Positions 36,801 to 49,097 of a stretch of 64,000 nucleotides of DNA are shown in pieces. Each line of letters starts with the position of its first letter. Positions within the stretch are counted from its first letter, which is position 1. The position numbers and the translations under genes were made by a program. The notes under the pieces were generated by a model. The model was not told the DNA's origin. It saw only the letters and a list, made by a program, of their open reading frames with translations, and ran no database searches. The stretch is from Marsupella aquatica (Eukaryota > Plantae > Marchantiophyta): assembly GCA_973895155.1 (NCBI GenBank), contig OZ316893.1:24975520-25039519 (forward strand). The letters are read 5' to 3'.

Positions 36801-39800
36801 TGAAGCTTGGATATAAACGTCAATAAGTTGGAAATAGACTTCATGAAGTATGGTGAGAACTTGTTGACCAGCTAATTGACTCGTTATTTGTTCCTTGCTT
36901 TACTCACTTTGTTGGACTATTGACATCAGCAAACACACTTGTCTTGTTGTGGGGTGGACCCTTAAGTGTGACTTTATTTGCAAATTAATGGAAGTCACCA
37001 TTCGAGACAATAAAAGAGAACTTTTGCCAGTGAAATCTTACATACATATGACTGTACAAAACAGACCCTGGTTTTTGCCAAAGTTTGTGTTTGAATCAGC
37101 TGTGCTTTTGGCTTTCCCTAATATCTCGATGTACCTGGTCTATCTGGGTTGCAAGGTTCACAGGAGTGTTTGAGATGAGCATCATTTGTTCTGAATAAAA
37201 TCATATTAGATCAGTAAAGTCATCAAAACTGAGTGAAAAGGGGACCCTCCTATGTTAATTCTGATGTTACGTTGACAACACCTACAGTATGGAGTTAGGT
37301 ACCTCACATGCAAACATTATTTATGCCTTCTCACAAATGCTAGTCAGCCCTAAGCATTGCTTTCCATTCATCCCTTTGTTTGCTCCATATCCCTTTGTCC
37401 CAAACAAAGTGTACTATGACAGGAGCTGTACATTTCCCCTATGTCTTCCCCTTTGGAAGAATAGGGTAATTGATTGGGTGCAGGTGTCACATGAAAATTA
37501 ACTTATATGTTTAAGGTCCCTCAATGCTCCTTAATTGAGTATTGGGGGCGACCCTATGCCAACTCGTGGGAGCAGGGATGCATACGGGAACTCCAATACT
37601 TCCTTCAGGGGTAAAAGAGGGACCCTAAATATATGTTAAGCGGCGGTACAGCAATACAAGTTTGTGATTGGAGCTTGTGTCTGCGAGCAATTCTTGTCCG
37701 TCCATCTGCAGGTGCATCTGGGCTTCATGTCAGAATCACAGTAGGATTGAATGTCACAAGTCTTGACAACCGCAGCTGGATACCCCCACAATAAGGTGGA
37801 ATATAATGAGATGTAAAGCCACATATGTGGCAAGCCCTGATAAGCAAAGAGCAACAGAAAACACCATAGGACCCTTAAAGCTAAGCTTGTAGCCCCTTGT
37901 GAACCTCACATCCCAACATTATGCCATATCACAAATGCTATATTATTTGGTTATGTAACAATAACAAAGGCACCCTGTATTTGTCCTTGTGATCAGACAA
38001 AAAGACCAAATGAAGGACCTCCTGTTCCTCTCTAGAGCCCTCTCTAGCTTGGGAATTTTATCGCTGAATAAAAACAATATAGTTGACCAAAATTATGCTC
38101 CCATGGGCCACTCCGGAGAATCCAATTTTTTTAATTTCCTGTACAAAAACATTCCCCAACATTGGGAGGGCTCTGGAGAGACCATAGCCTGCGTTGTCTT
38201 TCCATCCGTGCACAGGAAGAAACAATGCCTGGGTGACATGAGATCGAGGTGCCCCTTGTTTCCTCCCTCAGCACAACAAAATCCTGCACTCACGAAACTA
38301 AAGACGTAGAATGATGGGTTAGCGATGCTCAGCTTTCGTCAATTTCTGATTTCGGTCGATGAAAATCATACGGAAACCCATGTAGCATTTGCTGTCGGAT
38401 TTAGCCAACTGAGGACTGGTGCACTCTTTATGGAGTCGAGGCTTGTTGTAGAAGAATAGCCTCGGATCAGACTCCTCGAGTCCTCGTCGATGTACGAGGA
38501 ATTTGGAATGGGAAATTTCCTGCCCTTCTTCACTCTCTCACAATTGGAGTTTCTGCATTGCGGATTTTGACAATGTCGTCGACGATTCAATTGAAGCGCA
38601 GTGACCAGGATTGCTAGTGAGGCAGCTAGCTGTAGCTAGGTGGTCGCATGCATGCAAGTAGCACGAACGATCGAAATTTTGCTCCTCGCTCACTTTGATC
38701 GGTGAAGTATTAATTTCGGCGAGGGCAGCTGAAGACGATGCATTGGTGATGATTGTGAATGACAGTGACTGAAGATGAGACAAAGGAACGCGAGACACGC
38801 TTCCCTGACCGTGCACTTTCAGGATAGTGAGCCAGCCTTTCGATTTGACAAATTCAGGAGTTGTGTGCCCAAAAAGGAGAGGAAAAAAGGCTCCCTCCAA
38901 TGGAGCTCAGAAGGAAGTATAATTGGGTATGGGTTATAATTACAGCAATAGGAGACAATACATTATCCCATGAACGACAATTTGGAGAAGATGAGACAAG
39001 AAGTCTGATGAGAGCTGTCCATAACTTTTTGAACACTATATGATATGAGCAGCCAAACTGATGAGTACGGAGTACGTCGTCAACTCAGTTCCTTAATTTC
39101 TGGGAGATATGACAAAATTAGGACTCCCAGCGCTGAGCGTCTTGGCTGTCTGCTCTGATCATAGCATAACACTCTCCTCTCGAAGATGCTCTATTGCCCT
39201 CGCCTCGATCGTCATCTCAGCCATTCAATTCAATTACGGAGCACTGTTCAGCAGCCAGCCCCTGACCGTACGTCACCTTTGTGAACGTTACTTATCGACA
39301 CAGTTTCTGGTTTTTCTAATGTTTAGTTAAAGTTTATTTTGTCTCGACAGATTTCATCAGTGAAACAGAAATAGATGCAAAAAACAGATCAGTGAGACAG
39401 ACATAGATGCAAAAAACAAGAACTTGTGATCACGAGGATTCCCTGATCTTGAAATGGGACCCATTTTCTCAACGCGAAGGTCTGACGAAAGTTCCGAGAG
39501 AAAAATGTCTCTGGAAATCGAAGTACCGGACCATATTGGCCAAGATCGCAGCAGCTTCATGTCGCGTGATCGAATTGCAACTGCGGGACAGTGATTCATT
39601 CATGATCAAATTGCATGAGTTGAACTGGCAGAAGATTTCATGCACCGTTCTGACAGCGGCGCCTCTGTTCGGAGTTATCAGTCTTACACTTCAGCACAAC
39701 AACATTTGATCAAAAGTGGTTGAAGTTCTATCGCATCCAGAAGAAAGGTAACTAGACAAAATAACAACGCAGAGAAGCGGACTTTCAGAGAGTCCGAATT

Positions 39801-41863
39801 TTTCTAGCTACTGTAGCGCCGCAAAGCACTTCATGCTCAAATGTCGAAAACGGCGATGCATGTCAACTTATTGGCTTCGCCAAACATATGTCACTTGATC
39901 GGTCAGATCGATTTGAATCGTTTCCAAATTATATCTTTGGACTGTGTACTGGACGTCATAGCTTGCAGCTTGTAGCTTGCCGGCCTCCGCAAGAAACGTC
40001 GTTTCTCGTCCTCTTGCTGTTGTCGGATTCGCCTTCGTAGTTATCATTCTATCATCTAATAAGTTCTCTTAGTGTCGGTCGAGAGTCATGCAATGAAAAT
40101 TTCATACTTTTGTCTTGCGAATGGGTTCTGCACTCCTAGTCATCGACACCTTGTGAGTGGCACTCAGAGGTGCCGCCGGCGGCTATTCGGTAAGGTAGGC
40201 AGCACGCCAACGAGCCTTTCCCCAAGCACACAACAAGCATCCCGAATCCCAGATGCTCAATTCTCGTCTCCTGCGTTTGTCGCATTTGCCGTGACTGTTC
40301 AATTGTTTCGGAGAATGGTTGTCAAGTTCTATTCAGGTGGCCTTAATTGATGGCCATGCTTGCTAGCTACCTGTCTGTGTGTGGCGAGTCCTTCACGTTC
40401 CTTTATGACGTCGGTGCGAGATAATATTGGACGTGGTTGTCTGTTCTCAACTCATCGTGCCCAAGTGTGTGCCTCAAGCATTTTCGTTTCCCGCACTGGT
40501 GATCAGGCCTCAGTTGGAAGCTCTTAGCCGGCCTATGCTTGCCGAATTCTTCCCCAGGCCATCAGTCGTCAGGAATAGTGCTGAGTGGGTTTGTGAAGTG
40601 ATCGAGCTAGCCAGAGAGTTCTGCAACTGCCAACGAATTCAAGTGGTTATTTGTGGTTTTCTGAGGACATATATACCACTCTCTGCAGCGTGAGTTGCAC
40701 CTGAGTCCTAATTCTGGTTAGCATGGTTCGTTTCTGGCATCAGTCGGTTGAAAGTCCTGATGCCGGCCTGCTAGATTGTACCGTCCTATTCAGCATCCAG
40801 CTTGCCTCAGCTTGATTAGTTCTTTGGCCTGGCATTCATCAGTCCTCAGTTGACTTACCGGGATTGAATTGTGACAGTTCAGTAAATTGTCTAAGTTCGA
40901 TTCTCCAACTTCCGACAAATTCGTGTGCATGTTGATGGGTTTCTAAGGATTGAACTTGAACTCTCTTGCAGTACTGCTGTAGCTGACTCGTTCAGGGAAA
41001 GGATCTTCTCAGGCGGATGGTAACAAATGAATGATTCATTTGGTCCTCCTTCATTTGGCTGAGAGGTTGACTTCGAGTGCGGCCTACCTGCCAGCTTCTG
41101 CGCCAGTGTGGTGTGGGAACTTCCGTTACTGTCCTTGGAAGGATGTACTGTAGATAATTTCTAGTCTGAAGTGCTTCGCGTGATCCGTGATCAATCTGGA
41201 AGTAGACCGGTACCGGTTGGGGGATCGGAGTGAATCGAGGTTACATGTGACAGGAATAGTATTGAAGATCGAAGAAGAACAGTTTGGACGAGTACGAGGA
41301 GCCACTCAGCGGAATGAACTCTTGAAGGACGTATCAATTGATTGGATTGGATAATTTGGCGTAATAATGACGTGCAAAAGTTCGCTGCTGGCTCTGAGGT
41401 GGTACCGTTGCAGTAGCTATAATTAGCAAGCTGCAGCTCCCTCCGCCTTGGCCGGCTTTGGATAATTGGAAAGAAACACATCGCCAAATCCTCACTCACT
41501 GGCACTTTGGCAGTAGGGTGCGCAGTGGGCAGTCGAACGCAGCTCAGCTCGCCAGCATAGAAAAATTCCGACATCTCACAGAAACAGAGACCCTCAGAAA
41601 GAGCATCCGTGATGGCCTTTCGGGGTGATGGAGGCCATTATACAGCGCTATAGTAGTAGTGCCAGGAATTGCAGCGCAGAACGAAAGAGTTGAAAGTAGA
41701 AGAGACCGGATTGGAACACGTTCAACGTCTTGGTTGATGGCGATTGGACAGAATTTGGATTGCAATTGAACGGGTGAACTGTTGGAGAGCGAGAAAACAT
41801 TAGCCGAGGAAAAGAGTGAGGAGCCTGAGCGAGCGACAACGGAAGCGGTCCTCTGGAGACACG

Positions 41864-44744
41864 ATGTCGTTCGTGCTGAGAAGGGAAGCGAACTTGAGCG
41901 CTGAGCCAGGGATTGCACCGGACTCGCCCAAACTATGGCGGCCGGGAACGACATCATCGAATGTGCCTCCCGAGGTGCCTCCAATACCGGCATCCCCCCC
42001 AAAACCAGCGCCTGCAAGAACTACGGAAGAACTGTTCAATATGTATGAGACCATGCACAACCCCACCGGCCAGGACCTGTCACTGAAGGATATAGTGGAA
42101 CGCTCGACGAAGAAGCCAGTCCACAGAGGCTCATTAAGGACACTTCGGGAGAGAGACGATCAAGACGGCGCAGGAGGAGCATGGAAGCAGCAGCAGCAGC
42201 TGAAGAAGCTGCAGAAGCAGCAGCAACAGCAGCAACAACAGCAACAGCAACAACAGCAACAACAGCAGCAGCAGCAGCGTCATGCATTGAGCCTCTATCC
42301 GAAATCTAACGTCGTCGTACCCCCGAAAGCTAATGGAGAAAAAGTTCGTCGGAGGCATAGAACCAGGAAACCATTCGGGGAATTTCTCGAAAACGAGCGG
42401 CCTCGCAAAAGTAATGCCGCAGAGACTTTCCACGAGGCGATGTATAGAACTCCCGACACCTCCCCGCGCAGGAGTAGGAGTACTGGATCTGGTTCAAGGA
42501 TTCCCTCTCCGTCTCCGTCGAGGTCTCCGAGGCCATCTTTCGGTCTACAACCTTCTCCTAGCAGGCCACCTCCGAGTCCCCTCAGTGTTTACACCCCTAC
42601 AGCACGATCTCCTCTAAGGTCTCCCGCCGCATCTCCATTGCCTTCTCCAAATCGGCGCGTTTCGCCATTGTCTTCCGCTTCGTACCCATCACCACGCCGT
42701 CCATCGTTCGGAGATCCTGAAACAGGGAGACCAAGGGGAGCGTCGAATGAGTGGAAACTTTCGCACGATCAGTGGTCCGTGCCGGCTTCCTCGCCTCCGA
42801 GGAGATCTAGTGTTGGTGCTTCACCCCTCGGCGAAAGACCGAGGAGTTCAGTAGGAGAAAAGGGGCCCCAACAACAAATGCTCGCAGATCTGTTCAAGGC
42901 AAAACCGAGTACTGAGCCTTCATTAGATCACAAAGCTCATCCTTCCAAGCACTGCTCCACCTGCTCTTCCTTCACTCTTTTCAAAACTCGATGCCTGGTA
43001 AGCTTTACATTGGCCATGTTGGAGGATTTGATAATACCAAATCATCGAATGGCTGAACTATTGCATCGTCACTTATTGTTTTGGTTTCTTGTACAATTGA
43101 GTACGGGTTAAATCATCATTCGCCAATTGAGTACGGGCTAAATCATCATTCGCCATAATCGTGGAATAGCGGCAGATCTTGAAAACCAGTCTCCTTTGTT
43201 TGTGTCCGGCCCGAATGCATCCGTCGATTCAGAAGAAGCTCGAGCTGGCACTTTGAATTCAAGAGCCATTGATCCATTTTAGCTACAATTGACATTCAGT
43301 CGGAAGGAAGATAAGGACATATCATTTTCGTGACCGTCCTCTGGATGATGTGCTTTGATCGAGTACAATATTTACGATTACAGTAGCTAGAATAACCAAA
43401 ATGTGGAAGTTGGCTGATTCGATCTTACTGTCTGGACCTGCTATGCTACTGCAGGTATGCGGAAATATTTATTGTAGAAATTGCGTCCAAGACGCAATGG
43501 GAGACATGCCGGAGGGTCGAAAATGTACGAGTACTTGTCTCGGAAAACCAATTCATAGCAGGTAAAGTTCTCTCCCTTGCATCATGGGCCATTCCATTTC
43601 CAAAGATGTAAACAGGCTTGGTCCGGTGGATCCATCATCATACGGAAAATCAACGTTAGATGCAGTCATGCTTCGATTCCATTGATATCTTTGTCACCGA
43701 ATCGCATTTAAATCCATCGTCACTGCTGGACTCCATGAACATAATTTGTTACCGGTCGTTAGAGCGTCCAATCTACATGGCCCCTATATAACAATTCATT
43801 GGCCGGAAATTACATCCAGAGTCTAGTCACGACGTTCATAAAGAATCAAATTGCGTCTGATCAGTCTAGAGAAACCGGACACCTACACACGTCCAAAGCT
43901 GGGCAGGCAGGGGCAGCATTGCGCGCACTTGGGTTTCACACATATGTCTCAAAGTTCTCTAGTTGATTCATGCACCTGCTTATAATCAGCTTTAATTTCA
44001 CGAGGAAGCTCACCAGCCTAAGACCTAGATAATGTTAGTTTTTCGATTCGAGTTAAAGAATGAGCAGAATCCAGAGTAAGTTTGCTGCAAATCTGCAAAG
44101 CAAGACAGCATCGAATGAGTTTGATAGAGCAGAAAAATTGCATCATACTAAACCCAACTCATGACTGTGGTCCATCGAGAGCTCCATTGTCAAATCCATT
44201 GGTCACGAAAGAATTGAAAGTGTGGCCACCTTGGAATTGAATTAGCTCGAACTGTTACTTTTCGATTCGAGTGAAGAATGGGTAACGAAAGTATTGAAAG
44301 CGTGGCCGCCTTGGAATTGAAGTTGCTCGAACTTTAAGTATTCGATTCGACTGAAGAAAGGGCAGAACCCAGAGTGAGTTTGCTGAAATTCTCCAAGCAA
44401 GGCAGCAGCATTGAAAAGCAAAGTCAGAAAGAGCAGGAACTATGCCCAAATCATGAGATCAACGGAATTGAATTTGCTTGAACTGTTTTGCATGCTATGC
44501 CAGGTACCTGAGCGAGGCAGGCCAAGGATGGTTCTGTTTCGTGCCCACATCAGCGAGTGTGGCAGAATTGAAGTGGGCAAGGCTACACCGTTCCAGGGAC
44601 ACTGGGCGCACTGCTCCCAGGAGCAGCAACCATAGCTCGAGTACTGCTCGTAGTAGTAGTGTTGCCAGTGCCACAAACTTGCTCCCTGCTTCTAGTAACA
44701 GAGCAAACACTCAGCGTCCCCCATCTTGGATAAGTGTATCCTGA
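41864..44744 (+). CDS. XLG-like (extra-large G-protein N-terminal Cys-rich/RING-like domain) protein lacking a G-alpha domain, with polyQ and Ser/Pro-rich N-terminus; 3 coding exons
   Basis: Exons 41864-42997, 43455-43561, 44504-44744 give CSTC...[52 protein letters not shown]...AELKWA, resembling the XLG motif CxVC..YC.xCV..AMG.MPEGRKC..C.G. An in-frame upstream TAG at 41801 limits the start. Confidence 0.8.
42188..42277 (+). repeat. CAG/CAA trinucleotide tract encoding polyglutamine
   Basis: (CAG/CAA)n translates as [11 protein letters not shown] followed by ~20 Gln. Confidence 0.95.
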
Positions 44745-44764
44745 ATAAAGGGTATCCTATTCAA

Positions 44765-45290
44765 GTTAATTAATCCAGGCAAGGTGGGGAGGAGATGACA
44801 CTAGTTTATTAATCTTGGTGCTATCTATGCCAAGTGACTATGAATTTTGAGCTTCCAGATGGCCTTGGTAATTGACTTCTTCGATTTTGGAGTGTGCGAC
44901 CCGGGGTTTCGCCTGGCCGACCTGGCACTTTCCTGAATGGTTAACTCATGTTAATCCCGGCAAGGCGCGGTAAGAGATGGCACTGGTTTGGTAATCTTGG
45001 TATATATAATTATGCCAAGTTGGAACATCCAGATGGCCTGGTAATTGACTTCTTCGAGTTTGGAATGTGCTGACCTGGGGTTATGGCTGGCTGACCTGGC
45101 ACTTTCCAGAATGGTTCATCAATGTTAATCTCAGCAAGGGGGGTAAGAGATGGCACTTGTTTGTTAATCTTGGTATATATATACACCAAGTGACTTCCCA
45201 TTTTCAACATCCAGATGGCCTGGTAATTGACTTCTTCAATTTTTGAATGTGCTGACCCAGGGCTTCCCCTGGGGGACCTGGCACTTTCCC
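44765..45290. repeat. ~180-bp tandem repeat, 3 copies, directly after the XLG-like stop codon
   Basis: Repeated TTAATC...GCAAGG..GG.AAGAGATGGCACT.GTTT..TAATCTTGGT...CCAAGT...CCAGATGGCC.TGGTAATTGACTTCTTC...TGTGC.GACC.GG...GACCTGGCACTTTCC. Confidence 0.9.
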
Positions 45291-47444
45291 CTATGGATGG
45301 AGGGAGGAGGGGAAGTTAAGCATGCTAGTGCCCTGATTAGTTAGGGAATAGTTTTCACAACATGAATGACCTATATTCTGGCCTTCTCTCTCTGTCATAC
45401 ACCTCTCTTTATTTACTCATCCTTGAGCCACATCAAGACCAAGCATTGGCACCCCAACAGAAGGCACATAGCCCACCCTTCTCAATTTGGTGACCCCCTT
45501 GCTTCCTAGACTCTAGATGCCTTGTGGTGTGTTTTTATTTCCATGAACTAAAAGTAGTAGTACTTCCATTGTAAGCCTGAAGCTTTATGTTTAGGCATAG
45601 GCACCTGTTAACCTTTGTTTTTTAAAGATTGACATCACAGTTTTGCTTTACCATGTGGGCACATGGACACTAAGCCTGATCTTGAAAGATGGATGTATCA
45701 ACATCACATTTGCTTTTTTGGCCCAGAGGCTCAATTGATGAGCACTTTGCATAATTATGTTGCAAACTTACACATGTTTTACTATTGTCCTCACAATGAC
45801 CGAGGGGATGGTTGCAACTAGAGAAAAGTTTAATGAAATAAACTTGAAATCAACAAGGAGGAGATTGGCTGCTAGATCAACTCCTAGTCCAAGTCAATCC
45901 TCAGGGGTCTCACTATATGGGGACCTCCCCATCGCCTGCGACGTTTTTAGGCCTCAGACCCCATAAAATGTAAGATTTTTTTTTTAATTTTTTAACCCCT
46001 ATAAAGTTGGAATATTCTTGGAATATTCTAAAAATTGGATTAAAAAGACCCTAATGTTCTTATAAGTCTCAAAATTGAATTTAAAAGACCCTATTGTTCT
46101 TCTACAAAAATTCTTAAGTCTTCCTTTAGAACCAATAAAATGATCCTATCCTTCGTCGCACGTGATATGCCATTTTTGTGGAAATGAAACCCCCAAGAGT
46201 CAATCTTGAGCTTGTCCTTGTCATTACTTGCTAATTGACATAGCTATTTGATGATTAACCTAGTCTACAAAAACATTTATGAAGCCTAGAGTAAAGCAAA
46301 ACATTGTCTGGGGCAGTTGTAGGATCGTGCAACATTTTAGATGAAAAATGAATGCTTTGGTCAAGATAAATTAAAAAAAGGCATGTTGTCAATAAGTGAA
46401 GTGAAAGACAATCCTGAGGTCAATGAAGGAGGCTTAAATGGGTCCAACCACTTCATCGTAGTGGGAATCATAGAGGTTGAGCTAGGTTATTGTGTAATCT
46501 ATCTTCTTGTTTTTGGGGAATTATTGTATAAACTGTTGGAGCAGGTCATCTATCACCTACAAGCTCAGCAAGTTGACTACTAAAAACTGTATGAATCATA
46601 TACAATCCAAATTTAGGTAATTTGATGGATATTAGCTAAATTTCTAAAGAGTGTGGGATGTAAAAAGAAGGTACTCTAAACTCAACTCTATAATATATTA
46701 TTTATAAAGTGAAATAGGTCATTAATATTCCTAGAATATTTTCATTATGAAATAAGAGCATTTATATTAGGTTAGTATCATATGTGGCATCCCAAAATAT
46801 ACATTGATTAAACACCCAAGTAGGTCTACAAGCCAGAGATAGGAGTGCTGGTGGCTTTACTTAGAAAGCTACAAGAGACTCTTAAAGAAGAAATATGTGG
46901 TTTTCTTTGATGTGCTATCATGACCAACAAGTACTTTCATGACATGAAGTGTCTTGGTAGATGTAGTCTTTGTGTTTCTTTCTAACATAAGTCAATCTTA
47001 GTCCTGGTAAGCCCAAATAAACAAATGGGCCCTCATTTGTTGTCTCAGTGAAAACAAATTATTGAGACAGTCCCTCTATTGGCTCCTTCCTCAAATTCTT
47101 ACACTTATTCTTTATATGAACAAACAGCCCCTTCAATCCCGTCAAAATGCTCCTGAAAAATGCATGCCCCCTCCCACCAAACCCCTCTTCCTTAGAAAAT
47201 TTGATTTCAATTAATGTACATGAATAATCACCCTGCCCCCATCCCATAAAAAGTCCCCTACAAACTCCATGCCCCCTCCTTTCTCAGCCCAAAAACCTAC
47301 ACCCTCCCCCCCCCCAAAAAAAACAAACAAACAAACAAACAAACAAACAAAAAACAATGTATGATCCCCACCCCCTTGCAATGCCAACCCAGATGCCCAT
47401 GGTGCAGCCCTGGGCTCATACCCCCTGTCTCCTCATCTCCCTTA

Positions 47445-47827
47445 GAGCATCTCCAGCAGAGCAGTGGCCGCAAACCTCAAAACGGGTCTGTTTGCCGCCA
47501 CAGATGGCACCCCCAAAGTCCATTGTTTGTAAAGCTTGTAAAACCCCCCGTCTTGCCTAAAATCAATCGCCATCTCAATCCCACGAGGCAGGTTTTCGAG
47601 CAGTCGTCAGGATTCCGCCTGCTGTTGCCGTGTGCTTGCTTCATCACCGTTGATCGATTTTCAGGTTAGAGAAGGGGCACTACATGTCAACCGCCTTTCT
47701 CACAGAAATTGGAGGTTGCAAGGTTGAAATTATTGTGGTTGCCTCAATAATTTATGAGATGGAAGTACAGGCCAACTCCTGAAAGTAGCGGTTGCGAGCC
47801 CAACCGAGAGAAATGTTGGAGATGCTC
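47445..47827. mobile_element. Tourist/Harbinger-type MITE (383 bp)
   Basis: Left TIR GAGCATCTCCAGCA; right TIR reverse complement GAGCATCTCCAACA (13/14 identical). TTA TSD at 47442-47444 and 47828-47830. No convincing coding capacity. Confidence 0.9.
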
Positions 47828-48569
47828 TTAGTACCTGAATGAGAACTCTTGGATGTCCATTTTCAACATCTGATGGACAATAGAATATCGGCAAAAGCAT
47901 TCAAGCGAGCCAGTGAAGTCCTAGACTTGCATTCTATCATGTCTGATTTTGCTAAGGATGCCTGAGATATTCTCTCATTGGGTTCAAAGGCCAAATCTGC
48001 CCCCAACTGCCCCTTAAATGTCCCTGAACCCGAAGAAGGGACCTGCCACAGACAATCAGACACCAGGATCAGGAATCTTGAGGTTCATAAAGGGTGATGG
48101 GGTAGGACCTTTCCACTTTGAATTTTCCAGAAGCTCAAAAAAGTGAAGGACTGCATGTTTAAAGTGGGCACTTCTGCAAAATGCTTCCACACACTTCATT
48201 GAAATTCATATGCATTTGACAACTACAATACACTCTCCACTGCAATAAGGGTTAGTCACACTAAATGCATAGCCCTTGGAATTTTATGTCTCACATAAAC
48301 TAGTGTATCACATTATTTCAGGTGTCACTCTAATTACAGGTCATGTGAAGTCACACATTTAGTTTCACTAATTGAGGTGCTCACTTGAATATTACACACT
48401 GAGAATCTCACAACACACAACCGAGGGCGTAATACTGAGACTCAATCTGACTTCAATACAAAGTAAAAGTTGTGAACATCAGACTTTCAATCAAATGAAA
48501 ATTCCTAAACATTGAAGACCATCTGAATATACAATTTACACAGATGTTATCTAATTACAGTTTTTTACC

Positions 48570-48962
48570 AACCTGTCCCCTAAACTAACAGATTTTACTA
48601 GGGTCTCCCCCAAACAAATTTATTTACTATACTGACCCTCATTTTGTATATGGGTTAGTATTGCCTTGGTAGACATAACCGGGGATATAACTCAACCTGT
48701 CCATTGGTGAGCCCTCCCCCACTGCCACATGGCAAGGTGACATTGGTTGTATGATTAACCTGCTTATCAACCCCTTCCTTGTGCTGTAGGGTGAAAGTTC
48801 CAGGCCAATAATAGCAGCCAAACTCTGCTATAATACTCACCAATATAACTCTGCCATAATATTCACCCAGGGACTAACCCAAATACAAAATGGGGGTCAG
48901 GTTAGTATATAAATTTGTTTGTGGGACACCTTAGTAAATTTGGCTTGTTTGGGGGACAGGTT
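48570..48962. mobile_element. Non-autonomous long-TIR (foldback/MITE-like) element with ~90-bp imperfect inverted arms
   Basis: Left arm AACCTGTCCCC...TTTACTAGGGTCTCCC.CAAACAAATTTAT.TACTA..CTGACCC.CATTTTGTAT.TGGGTTAGT is inverted at 48874-48962 as ACTAACCCAAATACAAAATGGGGGTCAG.TTAGTATATAAATTTGTTTG.GGGACACCTTAGTAAA...GGGGACAGGTT. No clear TSD. Confidence 0.75.
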
Positions 48963-49007
48963 ATAATTAGTGTGATTCCCGACAAAAAATATGATTAGTG
49001 TGAGTCA

Positions 49008-49097
49008 CTCAAATATTGGTGTCACAATAATTGCTGTGGACAGTGTAGTGAGTCATTCAAATATTGGTGTCACACTAATTGCTGTGGACAGTGTAGT
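49008..49097. repeat. Tandem duplication of ~49 bp
   Basis: GTGAGTCAYTCAAATATTGGTGTCACAMTAATTGCTGTGGACAGTGTA occurs twice, starting near 48999 and 49048. Boundaries are approximate. Confidence 0.8.

Noticed and set aside
41544-42433. Minus-strand ORFs with poly-Leu/poly-Ala
   Set aside because: They are antisense shadows of the polyQ exon of the XLG-like gene.
46300-46560. Minus-strand frame with protein-like composition (VIDDLLQQFIQ*FPKNKK...)
   Set aside because: It has multiple stops and no recognisable domain, so it cannot be supported without a homology search.
45902-47412. Possible hAT-like ends CAGGGG... / ...CAGCCCTG
   Set aside because: The TIR match is poor and there is no 8-bp target-site duplication.
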